Below, in pieces: positions 38,362-44,665 of a stretch of DNA of 44,665 bases (position 1 is its first letter; each line of letters opens with the position of its first letter). Origin of the DNA: Bdellovibrionales bacterium RIFOXYD12_FULL_39_22. GTDB taxonomy: Bacteria; Bdellovibrionota; Bacteriovoracia; Bacteriovoracales; Bacteriovoracaceae. The position numbers and the translations under genes are program-made. The DNA lies in NCBI GenBank assembly GCA_001770205.1, contig MEQL01000041.1, positions 62,001 to 106,665 on the forward strand. Direction: 5' to 3'. Below the pieces are notes generated by a model, which was not told where the DNA came from, made no database searches, and saw nothing but the letters and a program-made list of their open reading frames with translations.

Positions 38362-40119
38362 TTAAATTTTTTCGCATTCAGTTTTGATGAAACTCATCAT
38401 GTTTTTAGATTTCTCTTTTGCCTTAATTTTATTTTCTTGTAAGCTACCGCTTTTTTCTGCGAGTAATAGATAGAATTTTATTTTTGGCTCTGTTCCTGAG
38501 GGCCGAAGGTAGAGTTTGGATCCATTTTCAAAGACAAAACCTAGAACGTTACTTTGTGGTAAATTAATAGTTGTAACTTTTCCACTCTTTAGATTTTTTA
38601 TTTTGCTACTTTGATAATCTTCTGTTTCAATAATTTTTTCTCCACTTAGGGAGTCAAGTTCAAAGGCGCGGAAGTGATCCATGATGCGAACAATTTTTGC
38701 GGCACCTTCTGCTCCAAGATAATTTAAATTTAAAAGGGTTTCGTCATGAAAACCAAATTTTTCATAAAGAGAGTCTAGCGCATCGATAAGGGTCATCCCT
38801 TTTAACTTGTAAAACAGCGCCATCTCTGCCAGCAATGCCACCGGGGCAACTCCATCTTTGTCACGTACTTGATCATGATTTAGATAACCAAAAGATTCTT
38901 CGGTGCCGAAAATAAAATTACTGCCATCTTTTTTATTTTCGATTTCTCCCACAACACCACAAATCCACTTGAAGCCAGTCAAGGTGTTTTCAATTTTTAC
39001 TTTATAGTGCTCAGCTATTTTTGTCTGCAGATTGGTTGTAACAATAGTTTTAACACAATATGGTTTTGTGGGAAGTTCAGATCTCTCTGCTAGATTTGAG
39101 ACAATATAATGCAACATGAGAGATCCAATCTGATTACCACTGAGATAGTGAACTTCATTTTTGTGTAGCAACGCTACACCTACGCGATCAGCGTCGGGAT
39201 CAGTTCCAAAGGCAATTTCTCCGCCCGACTTTCTCATAAGTTCTACTGCCAAGGCCAAGGCCTCAGCATTTTCGGGATTGGGGGATTTTACGGTAGGAAA
39301 GCGTCCATCGGGTTTTGCTTGTGCTTCTACTACTAAAAAGTTAGTTAGTCCTAAATTTTTTAGGGCAGCAGTGCAGGGAACTAGGCCCGTGCCATGTAGA
39401 GGAGTGTAGATAAACTTGAGTTTACTTCCTTGTTCTTTGCACATTTTAGGATTGATGGCCTTCGTTTTAATAAATTCTAGATATTTTTCTACGACATCTT
39501 CTTCTACCCAGTGGATATATCCTTTTTTTTCGGCGGCCGAAAAATCCATAAGTTTGATGGCAGAAAAATCAGAAATATCGTTGTACCATTTGATAATATT
39601 TTCATCATTGGGTGGAGTTACCTGACGGCCATCGTTCCAGTAAACTTTATAGCCGTTATACTCTGGGGGATTATGACTGGCCGTGATCATTACTCCTGCT
39701 TGTGCTTTATGGTATCGAACGGAGTAGGATAGGAGGCAGACTGGATTTAAGTTTTTAAAAAGGTAGGCATGAATATCGTTTGCTGCTAGCACCGATGCGG
39801 TGATTTTAGAAAATTCTGTAGAAAAATGGCGCGAATCAAATCCAATGGACACTGCAATTTTTCCTTTAAAAGATCTTTTTAGTTCTATGGCAAGGGCCTG
39901 AGTTGCCTTCATTATGGTATATTTGTTAATGCGATTTATTCCCTGGCCAATTATACCTCTGATTCCTCCGGTTCCAAACTCTAGATCCCGATAAAAACGA
40001 TCTATAATTTCCTTGCTGTTTTTTTCCTCAATTAGCTTCTGAATCTCTTTTCGAGAATTATCATCAAAAAATTTGTTGTTGGCCCAGGCCACCGCTTTTT
40101 CCATTGATTTTTCTTGCAT
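38362..40119 (-). CDS. pgm: Phosphoglucomutase/phosphomannomutase
   Basis: FGTGGIRG, ITASHNP, DPDADR, RPSGTEPKIK. Confidence 0.92.
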   Translation of the reverse strand: MQEKSMEKAVAWANNKFFDDNSRKEIQKLIEEKNSKEIIDRFYRDLEFGTGGIRGIIGQGINRINKYTIMKATQALAIELKRSFKGKIAVSIGFDSRHFSTEFSKITASVLAANDIHAYLFKNLNPVCLLSYSVRYHKAQAGVMITASHNPPEYNGYKVYWNDGRQVTPPNDENIIKWYNDISDFSAIKLMDFSAAEKKGYIHWVEEDVVEKYLEFIKTKAINPKMCKEQGSKLKFIYTPLHGTGLVPCTAALKNLGLTNFLVVEAQAKPDGRFPTVKSPNPENAEALALAVELMRKSGGEIAFGTDPDADRVGVALLHKNEVHYLSGNQIGSLMLHYIVSNLAERSELPTKPYCVKTIVTTNLQTKIAEHYKVKIENTLTGFKWICGVVGEIENKKDGSNFIFGTEESFGYLNHDQVRDKDGVAPVALLAEMALFYKLKGMTLIDALDSLYEKFGFHDETLLNLNYLGAEGAAKIVRIMDHFRAFELDSLSGEKIIETEDYQSSKIKNLKSGKVTTINLPQSNVLGFVFENGSKLYLRPSGTEPKIKFYLLLAEKSGSLQENKIKAKEKSKNMMSFIKTECEKI

Positions 40120-40269
40120 GCAATGTCCGTTTGTTAGCGATCGAATATGATCGAAATTATCTATGAGTAGATTTTAAATATTCTATTGAATTTTCTCAGA
40201 ATAATTGCATTATAGCAAATTAGAAATTACTATGTTTGGACTTAGTTTTAACCAACGCAAGGAGATTTT

Positions 40270-40518
40270 ATGGCCAATCCAAAAGCAAAAAATGCAAAAA
40301 ATGTTGAGGGGAGCTGGTTTTGTACTTCCCCAGATGATGATGGAGGTGAAGGATGTATTGCATGTAATGTTTGCTACTCAAATGCACCAGATTTTTTTGC
40401 AGAAGATGGTGATGGGAACGCTTACGTTCATAAGCAGCCGGAGAGTGCTGCCGATATTCAAGCATGCCAAGAGCAGATGGATGCTTGCCCGGTTTCTTCT
40501 ATTGGTAATGACGGCTAG
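40270..40518 (+). CDS. Single-cluster ferredoxin
   Basis: CIACNVC...CPVSSI. AAGGAG RBS. Confidence 0.9.
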   Translation: MANPKAKNAKNVEGSWFCTSPDDDGGEGCIACNVCYSNAPDFFAEDGDGNAYVHKQPESAADIQACQEQMDACPVSSIGNDG

Positions 40519-40628
40519 TTTATAGCGGCACTCTTGAAATTTTCAAATTGTATTCTTAAGCGTTTAGAGTAGAATCTATTCTAGTTGTTTATTATTAATT
40601 TTATCAATTTTATCTTGAGAGGTTAAGG

Positions 40629-41942
40629 ATGGATCCAACACCATTACAGATCATTGGAACAACATTGTTTGCTATTGCAGTATTACATACCTTTGTGGTT
40701 AATTATTTTCAAAAATTGGCCCACAAATATCCTGAGGGATCAATAATGGAAAACATTTTCCATTTCCTTGGAGAGGTCGAGGCAGTTTTTGGCATGTGGG
40801 CAGTGGTTTTTTTAGGTTTTTATACTTTCTATGAAGGATTTATGGTTACCGATGAAGCACATAATCTCATCGGCGGTGCTGTTCATTACATCAATTCCCA
40901 AAATTACACTGAGCCGGCCTTTGTATTTGTGATTATGTGTATGGCCGGAACGCGGCCAATTATATTTTTGGCCGGTAGGGCCATCTTTTTTGTGGCAAAA
41001 ATATTGCCGGTTCCTCCTCGCATGGCATTTTATATTTCCACTCTTATATTGGGCCCGTTACTTGGTTCCTTTATAACTGAGCCAGCGGCCATGACGGTTA
41101 CCGCATTAATTCTGTTAGAAAATTTTTATGAAAAAAATATGTCTAGCAAATTTAAGTATGCCACCATTGGCGCGCTCTTTGTAAACGTCTCTATTGGTGG
41201 AACACTTAGTCACTTTGCCGCCCCGCCAGTGTTAATGGTGGCCGGAAAGTGGCACTGGGGCATGGCGCATATGTTTGGTAACTTTGGCTATAAAGCGGCA
41301 GTGTCAGTAATGGTGACAACGGTGTTAACTGCTATCGCCTTTAGAAAAGAGTTGGCCGGAGAGTTTATTTCTAAAAAGGCCGATAGTGGACAGATGACTC
41401 CAACTTGGTGGATAATTTTAGTACATGTTCTCTTTTTAGTTATGGTCGTTTATACCGTGCACTATATGTCTTTTTTCTTAGGACTCTTTTTATTTTTTCT
41501 TGGGTTTACAAAAATCACTAGTGAATATCAAGACAAGATGAAAATTAGGGACTCTCTGATGGTTGGATTTTTTCTAGGTGGGTTAGTGACGCTGGGATCG
41601 ATGCAATCGTGGTGGCTGCAGATAGTTTTAACTCAAATGGGAGATTTTGTCCTGTTTTTGGGAGCGACGGCCCTTACCGCAATAACAGACAATGCGGCAT
41701 TAACCTACTTGGGCTCATTGGTTGAATTAACTGATAGTGCCAAGTTTAATCTAGTCGCAGGGGCAGTGGCCGGAGGGGGATTGACTGTTATTGCTAATGC
41801 GCCTAATCCCGCTGGTTATGGAATTTTAAAAGGTTCTTTTGGAAAAGAAGGTATTCATCCGGGTAAATTATTTTTAGGTGCCTTTATCCCCACCATCATC
41901 GATATGATTTGCCTACAGGTTCTCCCACATATTCATTTTTAA
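40629..41942 (+). CDS. Putative Na+/H+ antiporter (DUF1504-like) membrane protein
   Basis: Multi-TM; GEVE, ITEPAAMT, TDNAALTY, GGGLTVIANAPNPAG. Confidence 0.75.
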   Translation: MDPTPLQIIGTTLFAIAVLHTFVVNYFQKLAHKYPEGSIMENIFHFLGEVEAVFGMWAVVFLGFYTFYEGFMVTDEAHNLIGGAVHYINSQNYTEPAFVFVIMCMAGTRPIIFLAGRAIFFVAKILPVPPRMAFYISTLILGPLLGSFITEPAAMTVTALILLENFYEKNMSSKFKYATIGALFVNVSIGGTLSHFAAPPVLMVAGKWHWGMAHMFGNFGYKAAVSVMVTTVLTAIAFRKELAGEFISKKADSGQMTPTWWIILVHVLFLVMVVYTVHYMSFFLGLFLFFLGFTKITSEYQDKMKIRDSLMVGFFLGGLVTLGSMQSWWLQIVLTQMGDFVLFLGATALTAITDNAALTYLGSLVELTDSAKFNLVAGAVAGGGLTVIANAPNPAGYGILKGSFGKEGIHPGKLFLGAFIPTIIDMICLQVLPHIHF

Positions 41943-41978
41943 AAGTGACAATCAGCAGATAGCGATGTGTAGATATTG

Positions 41979-42000
41979 GCGTGACAAATCAAAGTCACGC
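41979..42000. promoter_or_regulatory. Inverted repeat upstream of tRNA-Pro
   Basis: gcgtgac-N8-gtcacgc; function unknown. Confidence 0.3.
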
Positions 42001-42031
42001 TAGTACTATTTTCCAAAACATTTCATCATGT

Positions 42032-42108
42032 CGGGCCGTAGCGCAGTCTGGTAGCGCACACGTCTGGGGGGCGTGTGGTCGCTGGTTCGAATCCAGTCGG
42101 CCCGACCA
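42032..42108 (+). tRNA. tRNA-Pro(GGG)
   Basis: Acceptor stem cgggccg/cggcccg, anticodon arm cacgt-ctGGGgg-gcgtg, T-loop GGTTCGAATCC, encoded CCA. Confidence 0.97.
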
Positions 42109-42147
42109 TTTTCGCACCCCTAAAATTACCAAAAAATTTTTTTATCA

Positions 42148-42171
42148 GAGATTACAAACACCTGTAATCTC
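42148..42171 (+). terminator. Perfect 9-bp hairpin after the tRNA
   Basis: gagattaca-aacacc-tgtaatctc followed by atttt. Confidence 0.45.
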
Positions 42172-42175
42172 ATTT

Positions 42176-42188
42176 TATCAACATGTTA
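42176..42188 (+). promoter_or_regulatory. IHF consensus site
   Basis: TATCAACATGTTA matches WATCAANNNNTTR exactly, with an A/T tract upstream. Confidence 0.55.
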
Positions 42189-42231
42189 CTTAAGTCGAAT
42201 ATTTCAGAAAATTTCAATCTATTTCCCGTCT

Positions 42232-42261
42232 TGGTGTCCAGATGGTGTCCGTTTGGTGTCC
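42232..42261 (+). repeat. Three TGGTGTCC direct repeats at 11-bp period (integrase arm-type-like)
   Basis: Copies start at 42232, 42243 and 42254. Confidence 0.75.
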
Positions 42262-42379
42262 GCGATTTAGTATAAAAATCACTCTCAAAAAGCGAACCGT
42301 GAAGCCCAACGTGTTCAACGCCATTGCTTTCTATCACTTTAAGGTTCAAAATATATCACAAATAGTTTGGAGGTTTTTA

Positions 42380-43234
42380 ATGCGCCTTTTTGTTATATTT
42401 TCTCTACCATTATTGTTGTTTATATTATCATCAAATTCCAGTGAAGCAAACGTTGTCAATCTACGGGAGCAAATGCCCAATATAAAGGGCCAAGGGAACA
42501 GAGGAACATGCAGCGTTTTTGCGGCAACATCAATAATGGAATTCTTGGTACAGCAATATGAGGGACGATACATTAATCTTTCTGAAGAATATAATTATTG
42601 GGTAGCAAAAAAGTACACACTAATAAACCCATTGCTGGAAACGTATAAAGGTGTTGATGCTTTAGCTGGTTATCTAGCGATGGAAGGATATACTTATGGA
42701 AGTGTCTCAGAGTTAGATTTTCCATATCATTATCAAAATCGATTCCAGAGCAATGATCCACTTTGTATAAAAGCAGAAGATAGTTACGTTAACGAATGCT
42801 TCACTTTTGAACCACCAGAAAATATCCCACTACTGCCTTATAAGCTCAAAATTCAGTATATTTCACGCGAAGAAATAGGCAATTTCATTCTCGCTCAAAA
42901 AAGGCCGGCGCTAATTAATATTAAATGGTGTTATGACGCTGTTGATAAAGTTACTGGCATAATTAGAATGCCAACTGAGGCCGATTTAAAAAATTGTGGC
43001 GGACATGTAATTACTTTGGTTGGGTTTGACAGCGAGAAGAAAGAATTCATTTTCAGAAATTCTTGGGGTGAAGAGTGGGGTGATCATGGATATGGTTATA
43101 TTCCTGAACAATATATTATTGATTATTGTGAAACTTGCTCTCGCATTAGACATTTGAATGACTATAGTGAAAATGAGCAAGAACTTTATCTTAAGGCCAG
43201 TAAAGGAATTTCGGGAGAATTGATCAGAGAATGA
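42380..43234 (+). CDS. Secreted papain-family (C1A) cysteine protease
   Basis: QGNRGTCSVFA, GGHVITLVG, FRNSWG. ATG 42380 after GGAGG. Confidence 0.9.
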   Translation: MRLFVIFSLPLLLFILSSNSSEANVVNLREQMPNIKGQGNRGTCSVFAATSIMEFLVQQYEGRYINLSEEYNYWVAKKYTLINPLLETYKGVDALAGYLAMEGYTYGSVSELDFPYHYQNRFQSNDPLCIKAEDSYVNECFTFEPPENIPLLPYKLKIQYISREEIGNFILAQKRPALINIKWCYDAVDKVTGIIRMPTEADLKNCGGHVITLVGFDSEKKEFIFRNSWGEEWGDHGYGYIPEQYIIDYCETCSRIRHLNDYSENEQELYLKASKGISGELIRE

Positions 43235-43247
43235 GAAAACAAACCAA

Positions 43248-43988
43248 GTGAGATATTTAACATTTAAAAAAAAAGATGTCATTTTCAAAAGAAATCTGAA
43301 GCAGATTACCACCGATCTTTATAGTATGGTGCAGGCCATAGAAGTGAAAAATGAGTTTTTGGCAACTATTATAACAACTGACAACTGGATTTTAACGAAA
43401 GTGCTGTTACAAAATTGCCACTATCAGTTTTACGTTGATGATTCTCTGGTTGTTGTTTCTGATCGAGAATTTTTACTATTCATTCCATCATTTTCCGTAG
43501 TGCAGTTTTTGATCAGTCCCGGCATGTCATTTACATTTGGGTATTCTTCACCGCTGCCTGGGTTGGCCTCGCATCCTCTTGTTGCGACTGGTGTAAAATT
43601 AAAAGCCGTTGTGGAGAGTGGATTTAAACCCGAATTATTAAAAAATGCTAAAGTCATTTCCGTAACTCGATGTTCAAAACCATCGGCACTTGGCCTTGCT
43701 GCAAAAAAGCTGATTGATTCATCCCTACTTGCTTCAATTTCTTTAGGAATGGTGGCACATCGACTGAATACTAGTCCTGAGGTTCTTAGCCGAACATTCC
43801 GTCGAGATTTTGGACTCACACCTATCGAGTATAGATCACGTGTCCGAATTAACTCGGCGATAAATCTTCTGGTTAATGGCGCAAACATTTTAGAAACTGC
43901 TTTTGATGTCGGTTTCAATGATCTATCGCGCTTTTATAAGCAGTTTCAAAAAATCACGGCCCTCTCTCCAGGCAAATATAAATTGTAA
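43248..43988 (+). CDS. AraC-family transcriptional regulator
   Basis: LSRTFRRDFGLTP...AFDVGFNDLSRFYKQFQKITALSPGKY. Confidence 0.9.
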   Translation: MRYLTFKKKDVIFKRNLKQITTDLYSMVQAIEVKNEFLATIITTDNWILTKVLLQNCHYQFYVDDSLVVVSDREFLLFIPSFSVVQFLISPGMSFTFGYSSPLPGLASHPLVATGVKLKAVVESGFKPELLKNAKVISVTRCSKPSALGLAAKKLIDSSLLASISLGMVAHRLNTSPEVLSRTFRRDFGLTPIEYRSRVRINSAINLLVNGANILETAFDVGFNDLSRFYKQFQKITALSPGKYKL

Positions 43989-44065
43989 AAGATCAAAAAA
44001 CGCCAAGACATGATCTGGGAGGGCTGATAATTTTGCATTATAACCAAACCTTAAGGAGGTTTTTA

Positions 44066-44491
44066 ATGCGAAATTTTTTATTAATTAGTTTGATACTTAT
44101 TGGAATTACTTCTGCTTTTGCCGACGATCAAGAAGTGGTGTACTCACAAATGATACAGACTTTTGATCAGATCGAGTCCGTTCAATTTGATGATTGTAGC
44201 GTCACTTACTATAAAGACAAAATGATTTCACTCTCTGATGGAGAAATTTCTAACAGCATAACATTGGAGATACCTAATCGTGATCTAAACCATAAAGCTA
44301 TCAACTATTCGACCTACTCTGATCTAGAAGGAAGGCATGAGATTTACAAGTATACGTTTTATAATTACACCCCCACCGAACTTATTGTAGAAGTGCTAAA
44401 TGGTCACTTGGGCCAACTCCAAATTGACCAATATGTTCCACATTTTCCGTTCCCAGTGGAGTCGGTACAATGTTACACCTCCGAAAAATGA
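44066..44491 (+). CDS. Hypothetical secreted protein
   Basis: AAGGAGG RBS; signal peptide ending SAFA. Confidence 0.75.
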   Translation: MRNFLLISLILIGITSAFADDQEVVYSQMIQTFDQIESVQFDDCSVTYYKDKMISLSDGEISNSITLEIPNRDLNHKAINYSTYSDLEGRHEIYKYTFYNYTPTELIVEVLNGHLGQLQIDQYVPHFPFPVESVQCYTSEK

Positions 44492-44648
44492 TAAAAAAAA
44501 TGCACGGAGAATAATGTTTATGAATAATTCAAAAAATGATAAAAAAAATATATCTGCAGGAATCTGGGCATACCCCCTATGTCAGGGAACATTGCAGTCT
44601 GAAGTTGGAGATAAAAACTTTTCTCAACCATGTGATTTTTACATGGAT

Positions 44649-44663
44649 TGGCATAAAACTAGC
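44649..44663 (+). promoter_or_regulatory. Possible sigma54 -24/-12 promoter for a gene beyond the window
   Basis: TGGCATAAAACTAGC, GG-N10-GC spacing. Confidence 0.35.
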
Positions 44664-44665
44664 TT

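Noticed and set aside
41981..42193. 70-aa ORF
   Set aside because: Overlaps tRNA-Pro; spurious.
44484..44549. 18-bp direct repeat aaaaatgataaaaaaaat
   Set aside because: Low-complexity A-rich sequence with no supporting context.
44514..44665. Partial ORF MFMNNSKNDKK... open to the window end
   Set aside because: Only about 50 codons, no recognisable motif, and it overlaps a possible sigma54 site; cannot be supported.

Overview
AT-rich bacterial chromosomal window. By inference it comes from a Bdellovibrionota (Bacteriovoracia-like) organism, based on FHA proteins, many secreted hydrolases, RxPAS-like motifs and strong GGCC enrichment. Core genes include dnaE, ppdK, queC, pgm, add, a ferredoxin and tRNA-Pro(GGG). 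The main result is a ~10.5 kb island (7485-18009) bounded by a perfect 36-bp direct repeat that duplicates the 3' end of a lysophospholipase-like gene. It carries a type II FAS/PKS-like biosynthetic cluster: KS, truncated Cys-less KS partner, ACP, FabG, FabZ, FabL-type reductase, adenylate-forming ligase, AsnB-type amidotransferase, alpha/beta hydrolase and a permuted NlpC/P60 enzyme. No integrase is visible, and the left junction contains eroded remnants of genes from the right flank. Other observations are a candidate arrest-peptide leader (HAGPAPP plus an SD-sequestering stem) upstream of ppdK, an att-like arm (IHF consensus plus three 11-bp-phased repeats) after tRNA-Pro, and an FHA-FHA-MMPL operon. 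All calls come from reading motifs by eye; no database searches were run.
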